A DNA stretch of 23,224 nt from Bugula neritina. Its lineage: Eukaryota > Animalia > Bryozoa. Where the stretch lies: assembly GCA_964035545.1 (NCBI GenBank), contig CAXIUT010000191.1:1-23224 (forward strand), written 5' to 3'. Made by a program: the position numbers and the translations under genes. A model generated the notes under the pieces. It was not told where the DNA came from and did not search any database. It saw only the letters and a program-made list of their open reading frames with translations. The first letter of the stretch is position 1; each line of letters starts with the position of its first letter. Positions 9,026 through 17,016 of this stretch are shown piece after piece.

Positions 9026-9038
9026 TTCCTGGAGCCTA

Positions 9039-9066
9039 AACGCGCATAAGCCCTTATATGTGATGT
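9039..9066 (+). other. dif-like (XerC/XerD-type) site candidate
   Basis: AACGCGCATAA-GCCCTT-ATATGTGATGT. The left arm shares GCGCATAA with the E. coli dif XerC arm, and the right arm is 9/11 identical to that at 6693-6703. Confidence 0.45.
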
Positions 9067-9081
9067 ATAGAATCTTAAGGG

Positions 9082-9621
9082 CTAACCCCACATCCCCACA
9101 AACTGCTTCTCGTTATACTTGGCATATATAGCTGTGTTGGTGATTGACACATGACCAAGGTAAATCTGCACAGCCCGAATATCAAAACCGTTGTTGATCA
9201 TATAAAAACCACAGCCATGACGCAGCATGTGCGGGTTTACGCGGGGCAGGGCAGCGTCTTTGCTGCACTGCTCAAGGATCTTGTTGACAGAGCTCCGCGC
9301 AAAAGGCGTTCCGCGCTCTGAGACAAAGAGCCAGGGAAGTTCAGAAACCCGTTCACGCAAATACCGCCTGAGAAGCCTTAGCTCATCTCCGGCCATCGGG
9401 TGCATTCCATCGATGCCGTTTTTGTTACGCTTCACGAAGAGGGTAGACTGCTCCAGGTTCAACTGTTCAAGTTGAATACTACACAGCTCAGACACGCGTA
9501 GCCCGTGACGGTAGAGCATCAACACGACCAGCTCGTTACGAGCTGGGTTTCTGGTCTTTCGTGCTGCCTTGCGTAGGGCCTCGACCTCACTGGCAGTGAC
9601 CCAGTTTTTGACGGTGTTCAT
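9082..9621 (-). CDS. FimB/FimE-like tyrosine recombinase
   Basis: 179 aa, catalytic domain only: YRHGLRVSEL, HPM, PHMLRHGCGF, YLGHVSITNTAIY. Confidence 0.92.
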   Translation of the reverse strand: MNTVKNWVTASEVEALRKAARKTRNPARNELVVLMLYRHGLRVSELCSIQLEQLNLEQSTLFVKRNKNGIDGMHPMAGDELRLLRRYLRERVSELPWLFVSERGTPFARSSVNKILEQCSKDAALPRVNPHMLRHGCGFYMINNGFDIRAVQIYLGHVSITNTAIYAKYNEKQFVGMWG

Positions 9622-9753
9622 ATAACTTTCTACAAAATATAAGTTGGTGTTCTGTCTGAACCGTCCTGAAAGCCTAACAAAATAGGGCAGGGGGCAACAG
9701 CACTTTCAACATTATATACATTTTGTGGAAGGTTACAAAATACATCGAATCTT

Positions 9754-9781
9754 TTGACAAGCCTCACTCTGTCCATACAAT
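9754..9781 (+). promoter_or_regulatory. sigma70 promoter of brnTA
   Basis: TTGACA (9754-9759), 16-nt spacer, TACAAT (9776-9781). Confidence 0.75.
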
Positions 9782-9788
9782 GCATCAT

Positions 9789-10067
9789 ATGATACAAGTA
9801 CGATGGAATATCGAGAAGGCGAAGCGCCTTCATGCGCACACAGATAGAAAGGGTGTTGGCTTTGAGGACTGCGTGATTGCGATAGAGGATGGAAGGGTAC
9901 TTGCTGATGAACCCCATCCTCAAAGGGAAAACCAACGGTTGCTGATCTTAGAAATCGATAGCTACGCGCATGTTGTCCCGTATGTTGAAGAAGAAGACGG
10001 AACCCTTTTTCTTAAAACGGTTTTTCCAAGCCGTAAGCACCACGCAAAATATTTGGCTAACGAGTAA
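9789..10067 (+). CDS. BrnT-like type II toxin
   Basis: WNIEKAKRL...RKGVGFEDCV and YAHVVPYV...LFLKTVFPSRK match the BrnT/DUF497-like pattern. The start is placed at ATG 9789, after the promoter. Confidence 0.82.
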   Translation: MIQVRWNIEKAKRLHAHTDRKGVGFEDCVIAIEDGRVLADEPHPQRENQRLLILEIDSYAHVVPYVEEEDGTLFLKTVFPSRKHHAKYLANE

Positions 10068-10071
10068 AATT

Positions 10072-10356
10072 ATGAACACTGAACCTAAAATTGGTGAATA
10101 CATCGACGATGAAGAGCGAGAGCTGGTCGAAGCTCTTGAGGCAGATGACTATGAGCCTGGTGAAAGCTCGCTAACGCCAGAACGCCTCGCAATGATGCAG
10201 GAAGCCGCCCGTAATACTCTCAATGAAGAGAGGCAGAAAATTTCACTGCGCGTACCAAGAACTGACCTTGCTCGCCTGAAGGCAAAAGCCATGCGAGATG
10301 GCATGCCTTACCAGACGATAATCAACTCACTCATCCACAAACACGTCTCTCAATGA
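10072..10356 (+). CDS. BrnA/CopG-like antitoxin
   Basis: Acidic N-terminus and C-terminal RHH KISLRVPRTDLARLKAKAMRDGMPYQTIINSLIH, 4 nt after the toxin. Confidence 0.88.
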   Translation: MNTEPKIGEYIDDEERELVEALEADDYEPGESSLTPERLAMMQEAARNTLNEERQKISLRVPRTDLARLKAKAMRDGMPYQTIINSLIHKHVSQ

Positions 10357-10365
10357 ACTGTTAAG

Positions 10366-10397
10366 AAATAGCCGAACTTTCACCAGATCGGCTATTT
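10366..10397. terminator. Hairpin between convergent operons (possible bidirectional terminator)
   Basis: AAATAGCCGA-12 nt-TCGGCTATTT between the antitoxin stop (10356) and the TbpB-like stop (10421). It overlaps a candidate recombinase site. Confidence 0.5.
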
Positions 10398-10420
10398 TGT
10401 AGAGAGTTACTGGCTTGAGA

Positions 10421-11365
10421 TTAGTCAGCTAGGAAGATGGTGCTCACAAGCCCATTGTCACCGCGAGCTATGCCTGTGCCCGCGACTTCATCAGGAATTT
10501 TGTTTCCTGCATCGTATCCATGGAAATTACCACCAGACTGCTGAACGGTATTCGGTCCAGTGAGATCTACGGGCGCACCTCCGTTCGTGGTTGCTATGTT
10601 GCCGCCCGTGAATGAACTGCCAGAAATACCCATTCCAGTAATTTGGATCATGTCTACAGGTGATGCGACAACACTACCTGTAGCTTGATCCCGCGCTGTG
10701 AAGTTTGAAACGGTTACATCTACATTTCCATTAAGAAAATCTGCCGTGACGCTGCTTTGACCATTCTCCAAGTCTAAGCCAAGAGTATTGGTGGCAATAA
10801 CACCAGACGCTTCTCCAGTATATGTTCCACCACCTTTATTCGGCATATCAGCCGACGACGTTGCAATTCCATAGACGCCGGAAACATCGTAGTTTGTGCC
10901 ACCAGCAGAGTATGTTTGTGTGTACTTCTGCACGTACTCATATGATCCGGTTGTGCTAAGTGTCAGAACCGATGAACCATCAGTGAGACGTCTATTCGCG
11001 TCTGGGCCGTCAGAATCCACGAGTGAATATGTTCCGTCATTAAACGATGTATTTCCTGAGTTGTGAACAAGCGATCCGGTTGGGCGTACCACAAGAATTT
11101 GGCCTGAAGAATTATTTGTCTGAAATGCTGATCCTGCCAGCGCGCTTGTAGAAGCGTTAGTGCTTGACAGTGTTTGGTAGTTTGGCGTCACGGTTCCTGC
11201 GGTTCCTGCGGTTCCTGCGGTTCCTGCGGTTCCTGCGGTTCCTGCGGTTCCTGTGGGTGGTGGAGTTGTCATCTCTGGCAAATTACAGCAAGGAGTTGGT
11301 CCGGTGGCAATCAATGTGCCAATGCAAGCAACGGCTACGGTTACTTTGTACAGAAGCAGTTTCAT
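10421..11365 (-). CDS. Transferrin-binding-protein-like (TbpB C-barrel) surface protein
   Basis: DMPNKGGGTYTGEA, SSVTADFLNGNVDVT, ISGSSFTG and GNFHG...PDEVAG, after a hydrophobic N-terminus and a P/T/G linker. Confidence 0.75.
   Translation of the reverse strand: MKLLLYKVTVAVACIGTLIATGPTPCCNLPEMTTPPPTGTAGTAGTAGTAGTAGTAGTVTPNYQTLSSTNASTSALAGSAFQTNNSSGQILVVRPTGSLVHNSGNTSFNDGTYSLVDSDGPDANRRLTDGSSVLTLSTTGSYEYVQKYTQTYSAGGTNYDVSGVYGIATSSADMPNKGGGTYTGEASGVIATNTLGLDLENGQSSVTADFLNGNVDVTVSNFTARDQATGSVVASPVDMIQITGMGISGSSFTGGNIATTNGGAPVDLTGPNTVQQSGGNFHGYDAGNKIPDEVAGTGIARGDNGLVSTIFLAD
11191..11253. repeat. Perfect 9-bp tandem repeat (CGGTTCCTG)x7, encoding (GTA)n linker
   Basis: Read directly from the sequence; in frame within the TbpB-like gene. 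Confidence 0.95.
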
Positions 11366-11760
11366 ACAGATATCCTAAAATTAACAAAACTCATTGCGGC
11401 TCCTATGAGCACGCCGATCAAACCCAAGAAAAGATCCATCCAATCAAACGTGCCAAAATTCGAATAGTTACTGATAGCGTCTGGGGTAATGCTATCCAAC
11501 CGCCCCTTCATTTCAGGATGTTGTGATACTTCGAACAAAGTAACGATTAGTCCTACTAAAGCTCCTGAAAAGGTTACATCTTTTACGCCTCTATATGGAT
11601 AAGCTAGCAGGTATGTAAAAAAGAGAGCGTGCGAGAATGCTGGTAAGGACTGCAACAATAACCCTTCACTGACACCCAACCACGCGCGGATTGGATATAT
11701 TGCGCTTCCCATCAAAAACATACAAACAGCAAGTGTTGCCAGAGCTATCTTTACGTTCAT
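11362..11760 (-). CDS. Small membrane protein, VanZ/DUF2809-like
   Basis: Four hydrophobic segments with SLPAFSH, FEVSQ and GTFDWMDL motifs. ATGA overlaps with both neighbours. Confidence 0.65.
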   Translation of the reverse strand: MNVKIALATLAVCMFLMGSAIYPIRAWLGVSEGLLLQSLPAFSHALFFTYLLAYPYRGVKDVTFSGALVGLIVTLFEVSQHPEMKGRLDSITPDAISNYSNFGTFDWMDLFLGLIGVLIGAAMSFVNFRISV

Positions 11761-14700
11761 AAGAACATGAAGACATCTGCGTCGATCTGACTGGTAGTTA
11801 AGCCATAGAAGAGGATACTTGTGCCTTCTGCGTTGAAGACTGCGCCATCCGCACTGTCGCTCATGAAAGATGTAACATTTGAAGCGTTCACGGTTGTAAA
11901 CTCCAAAAGTCTGAGAGCATCGTCTCCATTTCCAAAATCACTACCCGAAACGACGACGCTATATCCACTTGTGTCGTTGAAAACTACATTCTCTACATTG
12001 AACGTGCCAATGGTATTATCGCCCTCGTTTGGCTTGAAGATAAACGTATCCGCTCCTCGTCCCCCCATAAGGAAATCATTACCTGCCCCCGCAATGAGTA
12101 TGTCCGAGCCTGCGAAAATACCGTTACTTGCTTCACCGCGAATTACATCATTGCCATTTCCACCATCGAGCGTATCAGCTTGAAAACCACCCAATAGAAG
12201 ATCTGAGTCTTCGCCGCCTGACGTGTGATTGATGCCTAGTTTCGACACGATCTTATCGTGTCCTTGCTGTCCTGATACTGTTTGGCTTTGAAGCGAGCTG
12301 ATGATCAAATCATCTGCGGCACTACCATAGACCGTATCAGAATTTTGCTGACCAAGAACACTGAGCACCTCAGAGATGAAGATGTTGTTCGCCTCATCCA
12401 CTTCATCCTCGTCATTATCGCTATCCAGCTGAAGCACGACGCGCCCCGATCCTTCTTGCAGATCAGATGGTGCGAAGAAATTGAGAGTAATGTCTGACTT
12501 TTCATTCCAAAGGAGCGGATTCACTTCCACTTTTCCGAGAAGGACAGAGTCACTGTCGAGTGTTCCGTCGTCAGTCAAGTAGGCGTTGACGGCAATTACT
12601 GATGAGGTTGACCCAATTTCAATATCAAATGGTGAGAAGCTGATGGGTGCATCGCCTCTGTTAAGGGCGCTAAACCCAAAGCTGAAATCTTCCCCTGCGA
12701 CAATCGAAGTCGGGATAGAGGCCTCTCCATCAAACCGAAGATCAGGCTGTGGGCTGTCTTTTACAATGACGTAGTGAGAAACGAGTGAAAGCTGTTCGCT
12801 ATCGTCAGATGAGCGAAGCTCCGTGAGCACGTAGTGCCCGCCAAGAGTACTATCGAGATCGATCTCTACGCGTGATTGGTAGTTCTGGTTTTGGCCTTGA
12901 GTCATTGAAGCAAGAACTGCTGATGTAAGAAGTTTATCTCCTTCATCCAGCTCATCATTTTCAGAAAGGTATGTACGGATAATTTCGCCGCCAGGCGTTA
13001 TAGTTGGGCTGAAGTTCTCATAGCTCACACCAAAATACAAAGTTCCCCCAAGATACGGGAAGTCTTCGCCGCCCCAGCCTGTTGCCCTGATGTCCACGAC
13101 TGGAGCTGGCTGCACAGTTACTGCGTGAGCGGTCTCAACTAGAAGCGCATTATCATCCGCAACAACGCGATAGATGAGGTTTTGGAGCCCTTCTTCATTG
13201 TCTTCGGGCGTATACTGGTAATCTACGCGATGGCTTTCACCGGCTTCTATGACGGGCAAAATGAGTGATATGACCTCACGATCACCCCCATCTTTTGAAC
13301 CATCAGCAGACAGAAAAATTTCTACGCGCTCTGTGCCGCTACTGGCCGCGCCTCCTGAGTTCGTGAATACAACAAACGCGTTTTGCTGCTCTCCTACAGT
13401 GAGATCAACAGTTTCACTGCGACCTTGGTATTCCAAGAAAGCTTCAGTGGGAGGCGCAACATCATCGTTGGTGATCGTAGTGTGAGCTATTGCCTTCAGA
13501 GGATCAATCTTGGCGGTTCCATCTGGCGAGCTTAAGCCGATTGAGAGAACCTCGTCTGGCGCAACTATGTCATCGCCGTCTACTAAAAGTGTTATGGTCC
13601 GGCTGGCTGTGTCGCCATCAGCGAAAGTTACCGATCCTGAACGATTTCCAGCTCCGTCGGTGATAGAGCTACGCCCTGAAAGCACCGACCACTCAACGGT
13701 CTGTGCACCTTGGCTACCTCCTGCACGTGAAATCTCAAACGGAATTTCTGTTTGCTCTCCCGCACTTCCTTCAAAAACTTCTTGGGATTGTTCGGTAATG
13801 CGAATGAGGCCAGCGCCACCTGTTCCAACAAAAACTGAAGCATAAGCAATGTTGTTGCCTTCATCGGCCTCTTCCACAGTTTCAGCATGATCTGCTTTGA
13901 TGCCTATGAAATATTCACCTAGCCCAAATACATACCCATACCAACCTTCGGTTGCTTCAACGGCTCCAGCTTCCAAGCTTGGAAAGTAAGGTTCGATGAA
14001 TACCCTTTCACTCTCATCGAACGTGGTATCGCTCGAGATATACATCGCAACAGAATAAGCACCTGAAGCTGATTGGCCGCGATTGAAGACGTCAAAGTCG
14101 AAATAGAATTCTTCTCCAAGGTCTGGATCTACAGTGGTGATAATGAGGTTTTCTACTGATAGATCTGCGGGTCCAAGATCTTTTGGTACCAGTGTCATCT
14201 GCGCAGAGGCGATATTGTTGGCTTCGTTTGTCTCATCCCAGCGATGAGCAGAATCCACCTCGCCAAAGACGGTGTAGGTGTGACCAGGCTCCAAATCACC
14301 AGTTGTAATGTAAACCGTCGAAGAGTTATTGGCAGATCGAGATCTGTCTGAAACTTCAACGTCATCAGAGTTCCCATAAACATCATCATAGGAAACGGTG
14401 ACCGTTACGCGATGAAGATTGTCTGGCGAGTCTGTTAGGTTTTTGGTTTTGTAGAGTAGAGCGAGTGTCCCACCCTTTTCGGTATCCGTTGCGCCATAAA
14501 GATTGAATGCAGAGAACACGTAGTCTTGCAGTGGAGCAGCGGGGGGAGGGTCTTGAATAGTAAGTTTGCGTCCTGAAGAAATATTGTCCCCTAACTGGGC
14601 CTCGGCTCCAGCGCTGGCTGAATTAGCGCGCGCGAAGAAATAATATTCACTTCCTTGAGCAAATGAACTTGTAATCGAAGCGGGAACAGTGACCGAAACC

Positions 14701-16175
14701 TCTCGTGTGTCACCTCCTGCAATATTGATATCTTGCGACCCAACTACGACTGCATTACTCAATGAAAACGTTGGTGAGCTAGAGTAGTAAAAAGTGGTCT
14801 GCGTCATTCCTGTCGCTTCATCACCATCGTTCTTAATCCGTGCAGTCAGCGTAATAGGGGCGCTTTGTTCGATCAGGCTATTATCTAGCCAGAGATCTAC
14901 AATGCGTTGGTTCGGTGGCGTACTGTCGGGTTCCCCAGGATTTCCGCCTGGATCGGCGGCTTCGGGTTCAATTTGTATGAAAAAGGAAAAGCGATTGTTG
15001 TCTTCATTAGAGCCTTCATCTGTACGATCCTGCACGTCTGCCGCTAGGACCACCTCATAGGTTCCAGGTGTAATATCCTCTGGGATCATGAAGCTTGGCG
15101 AGGTTAGTTGTTGCGCTTCACCTCCACGGAGAATTTTTGTCAAACCAGATTTAAAGCCTGAGCCAATTTCGGATGCAGTACCAAATGCCCAGAACGATAT
15201 GGTCGAGCTAGTCGCACCTTGGTTGACTACTTCGTAGTCGAAAGAAACTTCGTCTCCAGGCTTGAAAACCCGCGAGAATGTTGCGTTCTCTGAAACAGCC
15301 TCGTTTTCAAAAAATACGTTATCGATGATAAGATCGGCGGGGCCCGTATCGGGTGGATCTACAACGACAGGAGGATCGGTTTCATCCTGAGGAAACGAAA
15401 TCTGCAAATCGAACGTTTCACGCTGCGTGATATTCTCGCCTGATACAACGATGTAGTAACCTTGGTCCGGGGTATAGAACCAGTCTACATGCTCATCCTG
15501 TGTTCCAGGGTTTCGAGACTGAATACCTTGGCCCGCAATAGGGCGTCCCTGGTAGTCTAACACTTCTAGATCGAGCTCTCCCGTAAGTCCCAAGAGATCG
15601 ACATTGATTGGGCCGCTACCAGCCGTTTCGATATAAAAAATCCGGTGATACACACCGTCTTCAAGCTCTACGGCGTAGGTCTTATACTGTGAAACAAAGC
15701 TAAGTTCGTCATAGCCCTCATCATTATCAATCGTTCCCGTTGTAGAAAGAGTCGAACCTCCTTGCGCGGAAACAGCACCTTGGATGTCAGAAATCGTTAG
15801 GCTTACCTTATCTCCGTCTTTGTTTTCTGGCCGTCTATCACCTTTGATCGCAACCTTAATCTGCTCCTTGTGATACCCATCCGACAAGCTCTCGAACGGT
15901 ATTGTTACCGTAAGATTATTCAGCTCATGAAAATCATCATCGGTATCATTAGATGTGTTCACAACAAAGGTCACATCTTCGTACGCAACACCTCGAACTT
16001 CGACATCAAAGGTTAGGTAATTTTCACCGTCATAGTCGCCTTCGCTCACGGAAGAACCGTTCAGATAAAGCTTCGGCTTCGGTGCAAGACTGGTGCCACC
16101 GGAGAACTCAACTAAATCGTGATTATCTTCATAAGTTGCTGAAGCATATACTAACTTTACCTCTCGCCCATTCAA
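11757..16175 (-). CDS. Large RTX/T1SS-type protein: Calx-beta x2, PPC-like, ~7 CARDB-like repeats, Ca-binding nonapeptides
   Basis: Repeated xDLxV..VxNxG..ExxExNN units; GSVTFADGDTASRTITLLVDGDD; GGNGND, AGAGND and GGRGAD repeats; C-terminus DADVFMFL; no N-terminal signal peptide. Probably the C-terminal part of a longer gene. Confidence 0.88.
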   Translation of the reverse strand: MNGREVKLVYASATYEDNHDLVEFSGGTSLAPKPKLYLNGSSVSEGDYDGENYLTFDVEVRGVAYEDVTFVVNTSNDTDDDFHELNNLTVTIPFESLSDGYHKEQIKVAIKGDRRPENKDGDKVSLTISDIQGAVSAQGGSTLSTTGTIDNDEGYDELSFVSQYKTYAVELEDGVYHRIFYIETAGSGPINVDLLGLTGELDLEVLDYQGRPIAGQGIQSRNPGTQDEHVDWFYTPDQGYYIVVSGENITQRETFDLQISFPQDETDPPVVVDPPDTGPADLIIDNVFFENEAVSENATFSRVFKPGDEVSFDYEVVNQGATSSTISFWAFGTASEIGSGFKSGLTKILRGGEAQQLTSPSFMIPEDITPGTYEVVLAADVQDRTDEGSNEDNNRFSFFIQIEPEAADPGGNPGEPDSTPPNQRIVDLWLDNSLIEQSAPITLTARIKNDGDEATGMTQTTFYYSSSPTFSLSNAVVVGSQDINIAGGDTREVSVTVPASITSSFAQGSEYYFFARANSASAGAEAQLGDNISSGRKLTIQDPPPAAPLQDYVFSAFNLYGATDTEKGGTLALLYKTKNLTDSPDNLHRVTVTVSYDDVYGNSDDVEVSDRSRSANNSSTVYITTGDLEPGHTYTVFGEVDSAHRWDETNEANNIASAQMTLVPKDLGPADLSVENLIITTVDPDLGEEFYFDFDVFNRGQSASGAYSVAMYISSDTTFDESERVFIEPYFPSLEAGAVEATEGWYGYVFGLGEYFIGIKADHAETVEEADEGNNIAYASVFVGTGGAGLIRITEQSQEVFEGSAGEQTEIPFEISRAGGSQGAQTVEWSVLSGRSSITDGAGNRSGSVTFADGDTASRTITLLVDGDDIVAPDEVLSIGLSSPDGTAKIDPLKAIAHTTITNDDVAPPTEAFLEYQGRSETVDLTVGEQQNAFVVFTNSGGAASSGTERVEIFLSADGSKDGGDREVISLILPVIEAGESHRVDYQYTPEDNEEGLQNLIYRVVADDNALLVETAHAVTVQPAPVVDIRATGWGGEDFPYLGGTLYFGVSYENFSPTITPGGEIIRTYLSENDELDEGDKLLTSAVLASMTQGQNQNYQSRVEIDLDSTLGGHYVLTELRSSDDSEQLSLVSHYVIVKDSPQPDLRFDGEASIPTSIVAGEDFSFGFSALNRGDAPISFSPFDIEIGSTSSVIAVNAYLTDDGTLDSDSVLLGKVEVNPLLWNEKSDITLNFFAPSDLQEGSGRVVLQLDSDNDEDEVDEANNIFISEVLSVLGQQNSDTVYGSAADDLIISSLQSQTVSGQQGHDKIVSKLGINHTSGGEDSDLLLGGFQADTLDGGNGNDVIRGEASNGIFAGSDILIAGAGNDFLMGGRGADTFIFKPNEGDNTIGTFNVENVVFNDTSGYSVVVSGSDFGNGDDALRLLEFTTVNASNVTSFMSDSADGAVFNAEGTSILFYGLTTSQIDADVFMFL

Positions 16176-16993
16176 CTTATCGATCCTTCCTCGAGTTTTG
16201 TACCGACCTGGAAGTGAAGATGTGCGCCACCTGTTACCCCTGATAGGCCAATCGTTCCGATTGCTTGCCCTTTTTGAACAAAGTCACCAATTTTAACTCC
16301 ACTATTATCGACTGAATTTTGTCCCAAATGTAGATACGAAGCGTAAAATTTCCGACCATCATCTGACACATGCAGGACTGTTATCCAGTTACCGAACTTA
16401 CCTGGGCCTTTGTCTGAATTAACACTGTTGTCAGTGCTTTGGGCGTCATCAAAATAGCCAACAACTAACCCATCGGCGGCGGCACGAACCGTCGTCCCAA
16501 CGGGTTGCGCAAAATCCCAAGCAGCGTCATCGTGTATCGTTGGTGTATCACCAATGTGACCGCTTGGCCCCTGAGATGTAATCTGTGGGTTCGCGACTTC
16601 GGAGCCGAAAGGGTAGTCAACCACAATCGGTGTCGTAGGATCATTCGCAACGTTGCCTAAAACAAAAATATCATCAAAAAAAACAACTCTTTGAATATTT
16701 TCTATTTGAGCAACTGTGGATCGATCTTCATGCTCTAAAGTTGGATATTCAAGGAACTCTCCAATACTGTACTTTTCCGAATTATCCTTAACAATTAGAG
16801 TGTTCGTGCCACCTACGCCATCAAATATTTTAAAGCTAGAACCCAAATAGAAAACATTGTCTGAGTTATCGCCATCAGAGTTCAACGTGTCTTTTATAAT
16901 TTCAAATTCACCATTCGAAAATGAGATTTCTTCCCATTCACCGCTTAGCTCAGGTCTAAAATAGCTGTTTACGTTAGAAATTCCATCAAACAA
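16172..16993 (-). CDS. M23-family metallopeptidase domain ORF (probable middle of fused toxin)
   Basis: HDDAAWDF, GTTVRAAADG, FGNWITVLH, YLHL and GAHLHF motifs, preceded by a degenerate RTX-like module (DGVGGTNTL...IENIQRVVFFD). Confidence 0.88.
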   Translation of the reverse strand: MFDGISNVNSYFRPELSGEWEEISFSNGEFEIIKDTLNSDGDNSDNVFYLGSSFKIFDGVGGTNTLIVKDNSEKYSIGEFLEYPTLEHEDRSTVAQIENIQRVVFFDDIFVLGNVANDPTTPIVVDYPFGSEVANPQITSQGPSGHIGDTPTIHDDAAWDFAQPVGTTVRAAADGLVVGYFDDAQSTDNSVNSDKGPGKFGNWITVLHVSDDGRKFYASYLHLGQNSVDNSGVKIGDFVQKGQAIGTIGLSGVTGGAHLHFQVGTKLEEGSIS

Positions 16994-17016
16994 ATTTTTG
17001 AAAATGCCCTCTGTTT

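Larger units (their letters stand above)
9623..10409. repeat. Three copies of ATTTTGTRGARRGTTA (candidate recombinase binding arms)
   Basis: Copies at 9623-9638 (minus, ATTTTGTAGAAAGTTA), 9720-9735 (plus, ATTTTGTGGAAGGTTA) and 10394-10409 (plus, ATTTTGTAGAGAGTTA). Confidence 0.65.

Noticed and set aside
9049-9083. Hairpin AGCCCTTA...TAAGGGCT as recombinase terminator
   Set aside because: The 8-bp stem has a 19-nt loop, overlaps the stop codon and has no good U-tract, so it is too weak to call.
9082-10409. Classical integron (IntI + attC)
   Set aside because: The recombinase is only 179 aa and lacks the IntI-specific insertion, and no RYYYAAC...GTTRRRY attC structure was seen.
11164-11526. 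Plus-strand ORFs with (RFL)n and (CGS)n repeats, the latter looking like a Cys-rich metal-binding or RiPP peptide
   Set aside because: They are antisense readings of the 9-bp VNTR inside the TbpB-like gene.
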